Below are positions 28,679 through 37,103 of a stretch of 64,000 nucleotides of DNA, piece after piece. The translations under genes and the position numbers were made by a program. Under the pieces are notes generated by a model, which had not been told where the DNA came from, ran no database searches, and worked only from the letters and a program-made list of their open reading frames with translations. Each line of letters begins with the position of its first letter. Position 1 is the stretch's first letter. Source of the DNA: Draconibacterium sp. (GTDB taxonomy: Bacteria; Bacteroidota; Bacteroidia; Bacteroidales; Prolixibacteraceae); NCBI GenBank assembly GCA_041596165.1, contig JBFHJA010000001.1, positions 18,956-82,955 of the forward strand, read 5' to 3'.

Positions 28679-28989
28679 TATTAAACTTCTTACTTCTTTA
28701 GAACATTTAGGTGTATTCACTCCATTTAAATTCCGTCAAAGATATTAATCGCCATCTGCGGATATTGTCAAGTATTTTGCGCAATATACTTGACAATCTA
28801 TTTTAAATACTTACGTTTTGGCTATATTCGCCAAAGATATTAATCAACATCTGGAACAGGCAAGGGTAATGCAAGCTCTCTTGCCTGTTTTCGTTTCTGT
28901 TAGCCTGAGCAAAGTCTAATAGTTTTCTTGAATTTATATATTAGGATCAAAATTGTATAAGAAAGTGAGCTCTTTTTTTTGTTGTTAAA

Positions 28990-29257
28990 CAGCCTGCTGA
29001 ATCTTACAAGATACACACTCCACTAATTTATTGCAAAGATATTGATCGCCGCCCGGAACGGTTGAAATCCTGACCGTGGCGTCAAAGGCAAGGGTTTATA
29101 AACGCCCTTCCTTCCATAACTGTCATCCTTAATGTAGCCGAAGGGCGCCCTTGCCCTAATCCGCCCGGCTCAATATTGTGGTCAATAAATTAAACGGGTG
29201 TGCCAGACAAAGTCCGTCCACCGACGGATACCAATACAAGCCTGCAAGGCAGCAGCA
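28990..29257 (+). repeat. 268-bp direct repeat copy 1 (hairpin promoter plus leader motif)
   Basis: Nearly identical to 31247-31514 (offset 2257 bp). Confidence 0.9.
29197..29255 (+). ncRNA. Leader RNA motif copy 2
   Basis: GGTG-TGCC-AGA-[tccgtc/gacgga]-TACC-AATACAAG-CCTGC-AAGGCA-GCAG. Confidence 0.6.
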
Positions 29258-29268
29258 CAAACAATATT

Positions 29269-29580
29269 ATGATACATGATTGCACAAACGGCGAACTTGA
29301 TAAGATCAAAGCTTTCGCCCGGGAAAATCACCTCGCAAGAGAATTCGTTTCCACATTCCAAAGATTCAAAGCTTATTCCAAAAATGGCTATGAAGTTTTT
29401 CTTTACCCTGACTATGCTCCTCAAAGCCTTTATTTTGAGAAAAAATTCAATGGCAACTTCAGCGGAAACGGCGGCTTTATCTTCCATGGTGTTCACGATG
29501 GCGGCGGAAACGGTTCTGCACCAACTTTCTCTGTCAGTATCGACAACAGTACCAAATCACACTGGAGTATTCATACTTAA
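29269..29580 (+). CDS. DUF4120-like protein
   Basis: LYPDYAPQS..NGGFIFHG..FSV..WSIHT C-terminus. Confidence 0.7.
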   Translation: MIHDCTNGELDKIKAFARENHLAREFVSTFQRFKAYSKNGYEVFLYPDYAPQSLYFEKKFNGNFSGNGGFIFHGVHDGGGNGSAPTFSVSIDNSTKSHWSIHT

Positions 29581-29591
29581 TATTTAATAAG

Positions 29592-29915
29592 ATGAAACCA
29601 ATTTTCAGCCTCGATGTGCCATTGTTCTACATTGAATTCTATAAACCCGGAACTGACCGCCTGATGGATATTTCCGAAACCGGATATGAAACCATTGAAG
29701 GTTGCCTCAAGGCAATTGAACGGGAAAAGAAAGATATCAATGATTCTGAACAACAGGCTTTAACTGAATATGAAGCACAACTTAAAGATTTTGTTCTCGA
29801 CATTGATACTTCAGACAAACCTCCAGTACTCCCAAACTTCAACTCCTGGCGATATGATATGAAACCTTACCGTTATCTCAGGGGCGAAAATGGATATAAT
29901 GAAGTTAATGATTAA
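29592..29915 (+). CDS. Hypothetical protein
   Basis: 107-aa acidic ORF in the array. Confidence 0.65.
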   Translation: MKPIFSLDVPLFYIEFYKPGTDRLMDISETGYETIEGCLKAIEREKKDINDSEQQALTEYEAQLKDFVLDIDTSDKPPVLPNFNSWRYDMKPYRYLRGENGYNEVND

Positions 29916-29922
29916 AATAACC

Positions 29923-29960
29923 GGCGTGCCAGATGCCATTACAAGTCCCCAGGGCAGGGG
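29923..29960 (+). ncRNA. Leader RNA motif copy 3 (minimal form)
   Basis: GGCG-TGCC-AGA-TGCC-ATTACAAG-TCCCC-AGGGCA-GGGG. Confidence 0.6.
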
Positions 29961-29969
29961 CTTTTTCAA

Positions 29970-30176
29970 ATGAATAAAATCAAACAAAAAGATTTTGAAA
30001 CTTTCCTTAACCAAAATTCACCGGAGCAAGGTTCCGATAACTGGATTATTGGCGGTACTATCAGGATGGCCGATATGTGGCGAAATACATACGGCTCTGC
30101 GCTCAGAAAGCACGATCCGATTGCATTCAATGTGGGTTTTAAAGAATATCAAAGAAAACTTAATACAAAAATGTAA
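29970..30176 (+). CDS. Hypothetical protein
   Basis: 68 aa, ..YGSALRKHDPIAFNVGFKEY..; follows the leader motif. Confidence 0.65.
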   Translation: MNKIKQKDFETFLNQNSPEQGSDNWIIGGTIRMADMWRNTYGSALRKHDPIAFNVGFKEYQRKLNTKM

Positions 30177-30529
30177 TGAGATACTTTGTAAAATTTCACG
30201 ATGGTTGCCAGGCTAAAAATAAAGCACAATCAACTGCTCTCGAAATCATGAGTACTTATGGCTCTGTTTTGTTAAGTAGCGATACAGCTCTGGCTAATAT
30301 TGTTTCTGACATGAAATCAGTAATCGAAAAAGTTAATATTGCCAACAGGCGTTGTGGTGACATTTCCTTCAGTTCTTATATCAAACATGATGGCCGTTCA
30401 AACACGGTCAATATTTCCGATATCTGCTCCTTCTCATTCTATCCGGTACTTTCTGATTTAATTGTTCCTGAAGATGAAACAGAGTACGAAAAGTTTAATC
30501 CTCAAACTGAAAATGTATTCAATTTTTAA
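30176..30529 (+). CDS. Hypothetical protein
   Basis: TAATG coupling with the upstream gene; ends VFNF. Confidence 0.65.
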   Translation: MRYFVKFHDGCQAKNKAQSTALEIMSTYGSVLLSSDTALANIVSDMKSVIEKVNIANRRCGDISFSSYIKHDGRSNTVNISDICSFSFYPVLSDLIVPEDETEYEKFNPQTENVFNF

Positions 30530-30536
30530 AATAACC

Positions 30537-30599
30537 GGCGTGCCAGACAAAGTGCTGACTAATTCGTCAGTATGCCAATAAAAGTCCCCAGGGCAGGGG
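30537..30599 (+). ncRNA. Leader RNA motif copy 4
   Basis: GGCG-TGCC-AGA-[tgctgac/gtcagta]-TGCC-AATAAAAG-TCCCC-AGGGCA-GGGG. Confidence 0.6.
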
Positions 30600-30608
30600 C
30601 AAACAAAT

Positions 30609-30938
30609 ATGAAATATGCTTTCTACGAAGATCCTTCCCACGGTTGGCTTAAAGTTCCCGTTGAAGAAATCAAACAACTTGGCATCACACATCAAATTTC
30701 ACAGTGTAGCTACATTTCCGCCGACAGGAAATTTGCCTTCCTTGAAGAAGATATGGATGCAGAAACCTTCCTAAAAGCCGTTGTTATCGCCGATTGGTTT
30801 CCAAATACCACATCGGTGAAAGCAGAAATGAAATTTTACCACACAAATTCATCAAGCTTTGTCCGAACCCTTGATTCCTTTTCTGTTTTTCTTGAAAATG
30901 AAATTCCCCCTTTACAATCCAAAATATTTAATTTTTGA
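30609..30938 (+). CDS. Conserved mobile-element hypothetical protein (DPxHGWL type)
   Basis: EDPSHGWLKVP..SY..FLEEDMDA. Confidence 0.7.
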   Translation: MKYAFYEDPSHGWLKVPVEEIKQLGITHQISQCSYISADRKFAFLEEDMDAETFLKAVVIADWFPNTTSVKAEMKFYHTNSSSFVRTLDSFSVFLENEIPPLQSKIFNF

Positions 30939-30942
30939 TGCC

Positions 30943-31200
30943 ATGGGATATTATTATAAACCAACTCAGATGACTAAAGGAGAATATACCAGGTATATGT
31001 GCGACAAGATTGAAAATGCCATAGGAATAACAGGAACTGCTTTTTCTTACGATATACTTTCTGTTCCAGTAACCGAAGAAGATAAAGTTTTCCGAAAATC
31101 ATATTCCGAAATTTTACTGGTAATGAAAGATCGCGGCTATAAAGTTTGGGGAACTCCACCTGAAGGCAACATTTGCAAATTGCATTTCAGCAAAGATTAA
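30943..31200 (+). CDS. Hypothetical protein
   Basis: 85-aa ORF before a terminator. Confidence 0.55.
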   Translation: MGYYYKPTQMTKGEYTRYMCDKIENAIGITGTAFSYDILSVPVTEEDKVFRKSYSEILLVMKDRGYKVWGTPPEGNICKLHFSKD

Positions 31201-31227
31201 AAAAGAGGGGGCTTCGCCTCTTTTTTT
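31201..31227 (+). terminator. Intrinsic terminator
   Basis: ggggc-ttc-gcctc plus T7. Confidence 0.7.
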
Positions 31228-31246
31228 GGTCGCTAAAACAATCAAC

Positions 31247-31514
31247 CAGCCTGCTGAATCTTACAAGATCCACACTCCACTAATTTATTGCAAAGATATT
31301 GATCGCCGCCCGGAACGGTTGAAATCCTGACCGTGGCGTCAGAGGCAAGGGTTTATATACGCCCTTCCTTCCATAACTGTTATCCTGAGCTTAGTCGAAG
31401 GGCGCCCTTGCCCTAATCCGCCCGGCTCAATATTGTGGTCAATAAATTAAACGGGTGTGCCAGACAAAGTCCGTCCACCGACGGATACCAAAATAAGTCT
31501 GCAAGGCAGCAGCA
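31247..31514 (+). repeat. 268-bp direct repeat copy 2 (contains leader motif copy 5 at 31454-31512)
   Basis: Nearly identical to 28990-29257. Confidence 0.9.
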
Positions 31515-31523
31515 TTAATTATT

Positions 31524-32426
31524 ATGAAAAAGTTTGATGTCTATGAAATGGTTACAAAGTTAATCACCGAACGTCTTGAAGCTGGCGTTATCCCTTGGCG
31601 GATGCCTTGGAAATGTGGCGGTGGTATGCCTCAGAACCTTGTTTCTAAAAAGGTTTACAGAGGGTTCAATTTCTTTTACCTGCTCAGTTTCGGTTACGAC
31701 AAACCTTTCTTTCTCAGTTTCAAACAAGCTCAGGAACTGGGCGGCAATGTAAAAAGGGGCGCAAAATCTATTCAGGTAGTTTTCTGGAAAATGCGTGAAC
31801 ACGACAAAGGCGATGGCTCTGTTGACAAAATCCCAATGCTCAGGTATTACAGGGTATTTCACATTGATGATGTTGAAGGGATCAACCCTGCAAAGCTACC
31901 TCAGCTCCAGTCACATGATCACGAATTTAATTCTATTCAGGCTTGCGACAATATCATGGATAACTGGATTGATAAGCCTGATATCGAAATGGGTAAATCT
32001 CATGCCTGTTATATTCCCTCAAGAGATGTTATTCAAATGCCTGATCCGCGTACTTTCTTTACTGATTCAGGCTATTTTTCCACGCTATTCCACGAAGCAG
32101 TTCATTGTACGGGGCACGCCAAACGGCTTAAACGTGATATGTCCGGGCACTTCGGAAATCATTCATATTCATTCGAAGAATTAATTGCTGAAATGGGAGC
32201 TGCTTACCTCTGTGGTTTATGTGGTATCGAAAATGAAACCATCGATAACAGCGCTGCATACATTCAAGGCTGGTTATCGAAACTCAAATCCGACAATAAA
32301 TTCTTTGTCCTCGCTGCAAGCAAAGCTCAACATGCAGTCGATTATATTACTCAGGCACAATTTGAAACAGTGGAAGCTGAAGCTGATAATTCTGAAAAAG
32401 AAACTGAAAATATCCACTCCTTTTAA
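31524..32426 (+). CDS. ardC: ArdC-family antirestriction ssDNA-binding protein (DUF1738 plus zincin-like domain)
   Basis: LEAGVIPWRMPW, YRGFN, QAQELGGNVKRG, HEAVHCTGH, EELIAEMGA, SAAYIQGW. Confidence 0.92.
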   Translation: MKKFDVYEMVTKLITERLEAGVIPWRMPWKCGGGMPQNLVSKKVYRGFNFFYLLSFGYDKPFFLSFKQAQELGGNVKRGAKSIQVVFWKMREHDKGDGSVDKIPMLRYYRVFHIDDVEGINPAKLPQLQSHDHEFNSIQACDNIMDNWIDKPDIEMGKSHACYIPSRDVIQMPDPRTFFTDSGYFSTLFHEAVHCTGHAKRLKRDMSGHFGNHSYSFEELIAEMGAAYLCGLCGIENETIDNSAAYIQGWLSKLKSDNKFFVLAASKAQHAVDYITQAQFETVEAEADNSEKETENIHSF

Positions 32427-32437
32427 ATCAATTCAAA

Positions 32438-33154
32438 ATGGAAAGAAAATCTTTTGCAACATTAATCAACGGTTTAAGCCAACGCTACGGTGTTGGCGCC
32501 GTTTTCTCCGATATGCTCACAATGATTATCTGCGGATTCTCCATGAAAAAACAGGAAGAATTGTACTTCAAAACAATCAAACCTTACAAGAAATCAGAAG
32601 TTCTGCAATTTTCTGAAGCTTTCGCCGCACTGGTGGTTGAAATGACCGGCGACGGAACCGGCTTTGTTGATGTCCTGGGTGAATTCTTTATGGAATTCCT
32701 GAGCTTTGGCAGAAACGGCCAGTTCTTCACTCCCATGAACATCTGCGATATGATGGCCCGGATAACTAACCCACATTCCGAAACACATCGTATTTTCGAC
32801 CCTACCTGCGGTAGCGGAAGGATGCTCATGTCAATGGCAAAACTCAACAGGTATGCAACTTTCTACGGTGCCGACTGCGATGCAACTTGTGCAAAAATGA
32901 CTGTTGTAAATATGTGCCTCAATTCAATGTACGGCGAAGTTGCCTGGATGGATAGCCTGGCTAACCGTTGGTATGGCGGCTGGAAAATCGAACGTACAAT
33001 CTACGGCATTCCATGCATCCGCCTGATTACCGAAAAGGAAAGCTACATACACATGAAATTGCCTGAAGTACACGAAATTCCTGCAATACCTTCGCCACTG
33101 CCTCAAATTGTATTACAGGCTACCCAACAAAAACAACTGGTTTTCGAATTTTAA
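32438..33154 (+). CDS. Short N6-MTase-like protein (SAM-binding motif I only)
   Basis: GQFFTP and DPTCGSGRML present; no NPPY/F motif. Confidence 0.75.
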   Translation: MERKSFATLINGLSQRYGVGAVFSDMLTMIICGFSMKKQEELYFKTIKPYKKSEVLQFSEAFAALVVEMTGDGTGFVDVLGEFFMEFLSFGRNGQFFTPMNICDMMARITNPHSETHRIFDPTCGSGRMLMSMAKLNRYATFYGADCDATCAKMTVVNMCLNSMYGEVAWMDSLANRWYGGWKIERTIYGIPCIRLITEKESYIHMKLPEVHEIPAIPSPLPQIVLQATQQKQLVFEF

Positions 33155-33177
33155 TTATTAACTAATAAATAAATATC

Positions 33178-34626
33178 ATGTTTGGAAAAGATTTCTATCC
33201 TACTCCGGATAACGTAATTGAATTTATGCTGGCTAATATCGATGTTACTGAGAAAGTAGTCCTCGAACCATCTGCCGGCAAAGGCAATATTGTCGACTTC
33301 CTGCTCATGTGCAACGTAAAAGAAGTTCTCGCCTGTGAGATAAATGAAGATTTGGCTAAGATTATTGCATCAAAGTGCAATGTGCTTGCACTCGATTTTT
33401 TCACCCTTACAGCTGAAGATATTTCACACGTTGATCTCATTCTGATGAACCCGCCTTTCTCTGCAGACGAAAAACACATCTTACACGCCTGGGAAATATC
33501 CCCGGGCGGTTGTGAGATAATTGCACTCTGTAACTCCGAAACGCTCAACAACAGGTACAGCCGCAGCAGGGCAAAGCTCCGGGAACTGATTGAACTCAAT
33601 GGTTCATCAACTCCACTTTATGAATGCTTTACCGAAGCTGAAAGGGAAACTGGCGTCAACGTTTCAATGGTCAAGCTTTATAAACCCGGTGCCGACGAAA
33701 TGGAATTTGATGGTTATTTCGAAATGCACGAAGAAGAAGAAAAACAGGAAAACGGCATTATGACATACAATTCCATAACGGATGTTGTGGGCCGTTATGT
33801 TGGCGCCGTTAAAATGTTCGATGATGTAATCAATGCTTCAGATTCAATCAACAAAATGATACACCCAATCTCCGACGGCCTTGGTATTCGCTTTGGCGCT
33901 GTCAGTTCTGCCAACAGCAGCAACAACATCACACGCGATTTTTTCAAGAAATCATTGCAAAAATCAGCCTGGAGATCAGTTTTCCATAAATTCAACATGA
34001 ACAAATATGTTACCCAAAAGCTGATGGGCGATATCAATAAGTTTGTCGAGCAGCAAACTGCCGTACCATTTACGGTCAAAAACATCTATAAAATGATTGA
34101 TTTGATTATCGGTACCCACGCCGAAAGAATGGACAAAGTTCTGGCTGAAGCTTTCGATAAAATTTGCAGCTTCTCTTCAGAAAACAGCACTGCAGGTGAA
34201 ACATGGAAAACCAACTCAAACTACAAAGTCAACCAAAAATTCATTGTTCCATATATGTGTTCAAATGATATGCGCTGGCCGAGCGGACACGTAAATATGA
34301 GTTACAGCCGGTATCACGAACTGGATGATATCGTAAAAGCATTGTGCCACCTCACAGGCATGGATTACAACAAAACCACCGATATCAATTCATTTGTAAG
34401 AAATAACAACCTGGAATGGGGCCAGTGGTACAGCTGGGGATTCTTTGAAATCAGGGGATATAAAAAGGGTACAATGCATTTCAAATTTCAGGATTTGAAA
34501 TTGTGGGAAAAATTTAACCGCAGGGTTGGCGAAATCAAAGGCTGGCAACTCCCACGCAAAACCGACCAAAAAACAAAGGGCACTGAACGTACAAAATCAA
34601 CCGGTGTCGAAGTATTCGAATTTTAA
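33178..34626 (+). CDS. DNA adenine methyltransferase with DUF4942-like C-terminus
   Basis: FYPTP, LEPSAGKG, MNPPF; C-terminal FEIRGYKKGTMHFKF. Confidence 0.85.
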   Translation: MFGKDFYPTPDNVIEFMLANIDVTEKVVLEPSAGKGNIVDFLLMCNVKEVLACEINEDLAKIIASKCNVLALDFFTLTAEDISHVDLILMNPPFSADEKHILHAWEISPGGCEIIALCNSETLNNRYSRSRAKLRELIELNGSSTPLYECFTEAERETGVNVSMVKLYKPGADEMEFDGYFEMHEEEEKQENGIMTYNSITDVVGRYVGAVKMFDDVINASDSINKMIHPISDGLGIRFGAVSSANSSNNITRDFFKKSLQKSAWRSVFHKFNMNKYVTQKLMGDINKFVEQQTAVPFTVKNIYKMIDLIIGTHAERMDKVLAEAFDKICSFSSENSTAGETWKTNSNYKVNQKFIVPYMCSNDMRWPSGHVNMSYSRYHELDDIVKALCHLTGMDYNKTTDINSFVRNNNLEWGQWYSWGFFEIRGYKKGTMHFKFQDLKLWEKFNRRVGEIKGWQLPRKTDQKTKGTERTKSTGVEVFEF

Positions 34627-34632
34627 TAAATC

Positions 34633-34654
34633 GGGGCTCACGCCCCCTTTTTTT
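34633..34654 (+). terminator. Intrinsic terminator
   Basis: ggggc-tcac-gcccc plus T run. Confidence 0.7.
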
Positions 34655-34786
34655 GTTCGCTTTACTCACCTTTTCGGACCATTCAACCCACTCAACCACT
34701 ACCTTCTTATCCTGTTCCACTCTTCCCACTTCGGTCTTCCGTCTTCTGTCTTCCAGCCTTCTCCATCTCCGAAAGATCCTCACTCC

Positions 34787-34930
34787 AAATTAAAATACAA
34801 AGGTAATTGCGCTTTTTGAAACGTTCAAGGGTATATAAACGCCCTTCCTTTTCTTAATTGTCATCCCGAGCGTAGTCGAAGGACGCCCTTGACCTAATTC
34901 AAAAAGCTCATTGTGTGGGTATTATAATTT
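34787..34930 (+). promoter_or_regulatory. Long hairpin, candidate ssDNA promoter related to the 268-bp repeats
   Basis: aaattaaaatac/gtattataattt, ctttttgaa/ttcaaaaag, tcaaggg/cccttga; CAAAGGTA at 34798-34805. Confidence 0.6.
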
Positions 34931-34951
34931 TTAGTTTTTTTTTAATTAATC

Positions 34952-34989
34952 GGTGTGCTTGATACCAATACAAGTCCGCAAGGCAGCGG
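34952..34989 (+). ncRNA. Leader RNA motif copy 6 (minimal form)
   Basis: GGTG-TGCTT-GA-TACC-AATACAAG-TCCGC-AAGGCA-GCGG. Confidence 0.6.
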
Positions 34990-35000
34990 CAAAAACGATT

Positions 35001-35438
35001 ATGTCAAACTTGGCAAAAAAACAGACTGTTGCAACTGTTGAAACAGCAACAATGACCGTTGTGAAAGATGTAGCTGCAAATGGTGCAAAAGTGGGAATCG
35101 AAGAAACAACTGCTGAAGTAGTTACTGAGGTAGTTGCTGAAATCCCTCCGGTGGTAATTCCTAAACCTGCTCTTTCCCTTGAAAAGAGAGTTGAAAAGGT
35201 TGAAGAACTTACCATTGTTATCGAAAAATGGCGGAAGCTGCAGGATGCACGCAAAGGGTTGAATGCTTTCAAGCTGGGAGCTGACGGGCTTAGCTCAACA
35301 CTGACACTGAAAGATTCTTCAGGCCAGACTTTCTCAACATCAAACAATGTTGCAGTTGAAGCAGCGCTTCTTAACATCCGCCAGGTGTTAAACGAGAAGA
35401 TTGCTGATGCTGAAAACGAGATTAATTTCTCAATGTAG
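35001..35438 (+). CDS. Hypothetical protein
   Basis: 145 aa, Val/Ala/Thr/Glu-rich N-terminus then a coiled coil. Confidence 0.7.
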   Translation: MSNLAKKQTVATVETATMTVVKDVAANGAKVGIEETTAEVVTEVVAEIPPVVIPKPALSLEKRVEKVEELTIVIEKWRKLQDARKGLNAFKLGADGLSSTLTLKDSSGQTFSTSNNVAVEAALLNIRQVLNEKIADAENEINFSM

Positions 35439-35443
35439 AAAAG

Positions 35444-35465
35444 AGGGGCTAACGCCCCTTTTTTT
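35444..35465 (+). terminator. Intrinsic terminator
   Basis: aggggc-taac-gcccct plus T run. Confidence 0.75.
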
Positions 35466-35963
35466 GGTCGTTATATCGTATTTTTTTAATATTTAAAGAA
35501 CTTTATCACAAACTAATAATTTGGTAAATAGTGTAAGTTTTTTAGGATAAAACAAAACATGTCATCTCATTTTAATAGTACTGTATTTTGGTTAAATAAT
35601 TAAAATTTGGATAATATTTGTAAAGCTTAATGATTTTATTTATCCACGCGAATTAAGGGTTACAAATAACAAAACAAAAACAGGGGCAACTGTTCTAAGA
35701 CATGAACCATCCGCCCTTTGGTTGATCTTACTTTAAAGAATATATAGTGATTAGCCTTAAATTGGTGAAATCTAATATTTTAAAATACAAAAAAAATTAA
35801 AATGCTTTAATTTTTTTAATAAAACCTTTTACCATTTTTACAGTTTATATTATAATATATATACTATTGTAAATATACATGCTATTTTGCAGCTTCCTTA
35901 GTTCAAGTATAGTGAGTAAAATTTTATTGATTAACTAATAATTATTCTAAACGTTATAGTTAC

Positions 35964-36536
35964 ATGCGAGAAAATACCATACATATTAAAAACATGGTTT
36001 GCCCCCGTTGCATTAAAGCTGTTGAAACAACTTTGAATAGTCAGAATATAGGTTATTCACATATAAAATTGGGGGAAGTATTTCTCTTGAAACCGCTAAA
36101 TTCTGATGAAGAAGAGATTCTTCGAAAAAATTTGGAATTTCAGGGATTTGAACTTTTAAGCGACAAAAAAAGTCAACTTATTGAGAAAATAAAAAATACA
36201 ATTGTGAATATGGTTCATAATCAAAATGATCCAGATAAGATAGGGCATTTAAAAAATCAACTTCCTGAGATTCTGGGTCACAGTTATTCATATTTAAGTA
36301 ATTTGTTTTCCGAAATAGAAGGAATTACTATTGAAAAATATTTGATACTTCAAAAAATAGAGAAAGCAAAGGAATTATTCACTTATAATCAATTAAATGT
36401 CAATGAAATTTCTTATCAATTGAATTATAGTTCAAGTCAACACTTTTCTCGTCAGTTCAAATTAATTACGGGCATGTCTCCTTCGGATTTCATGAAAAAG
36501 AAATCACCATTACGGAAACCGTTAAACGAAATATAA
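35964..36536 (+). CDS. AraC-family regulator with N-terminal HMA-like MVCxxC
   Basis: IKNMVCPRCI; C-terminal AraC HTH (YSSSQHFSRQFKLITGMSP). Confidence 0.9.
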   Translation: MRENTIHIKNMVCPRCIKAVETTLNSQNIGYSHIKLGEVFLLKPLNSDEEEILRKNLEFQGFELLSDKKSQLIEKIKNTIVNMVHNQNDPDKIGHLKNQLPEILGHSYSYLSNLFSEIEGITIEKYLILQKIEKAKELFTYNQLNVNEISYQLNYSSSQHFSRQFKLITGMSPSDFMKKKSPLRKPLNEI

Positions 36537-36553
36537 AAAGACAAAATAGTAAG

Positions 36554-36612
36554 ATTATATACATTTTTATTAAAATTATGCACGATACTAATTTTGAATA
36601 ATTGTAGATTTG
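36554..36612 (+). promoter_or_regulatory. AraC-type operator plus promoter, copy 1
   Basis: ATTATATAC/ATTATGCAC at 21-bp period; TAGATTTG -7 box at 36605. Confidence 0.6.
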
Positions 36613-36630
36613 TGATCGAGTTTTAAGAAA

Positions 36631-37008
36631 ATGCTTAAAAAAATCATCCATATTATTTTGTCATCGTTGTTGTTAGTTACAACAATAGGTATGGTTGTAT
36701 CAAAACATTATTGTCAGGGCAAATTGTATTCAGTTTCTGTAGATGGTTTGAACAATGATAAATGTGATATGGGGAATTGTTGCCATGACGAAACTCATTT
36801 CTTTAAAGTTCAAGAAGATTTTTCTCAGCCACAAATTATTAATACTCCGGATGTAGCTGGTTTCGATTTATTTTTTGTTGCAATAAATCCTTTTATTTCG
36901 GACTTATTTGCAGAAGAAGAATTAAAAAATCAATTTATTGATTATTCGCCGCCATTACCACTTGATATTCAAACATCCCTCTCCAAAAAGCAGACATACC
37001 TTTTATGA
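36631..37008 (+). CDS. HYC_CC_PP family protein
   Basis: HYCQG, CC and PP motifs; upstream of metal efflux genes. Confidence 0.85.
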   Translation: MLKKIIHIILSSLLLVTTIGMVVSKHYCQGKLYSVSVDGLNNDKCDMGNCCHDETHFFKVQEDFSQPQIINTPDVAGFDLFFVAINPFISDLFAEEELKNQFIDYSPPLPLDIQTSLSKKQTYLL

Positions 37009-37103
37009 TCTAAATTCTTTATTTAGTGTGCCTTATGAGGATAATAATCCTTGTATTAGGGTATAGTTATTTAAAAGAATTTATAAATCATAAAAGAATA
37101 AGA

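Noticed and set aside
34660-34780. Pyrimidine-rich short repeats (gtcttc units)
   Set aside because: Short degenerate low-complexity repeats with no evident structure or ORF
7682-34989. Assigning the leader motif to a known ribozyme or riboswitch
   Set aside because: Lacks the hammerhead CUGANGA/GAAA core, the HDV strand order and the fluoride/ZTP conserved nucleotides by eye; left unassigned pending an Rfam search
4560-35960. att sites bounding the central element
   Set aside because: No convincing terminal direct repeat or tRNA target found by eye, so the boundaries are approximate
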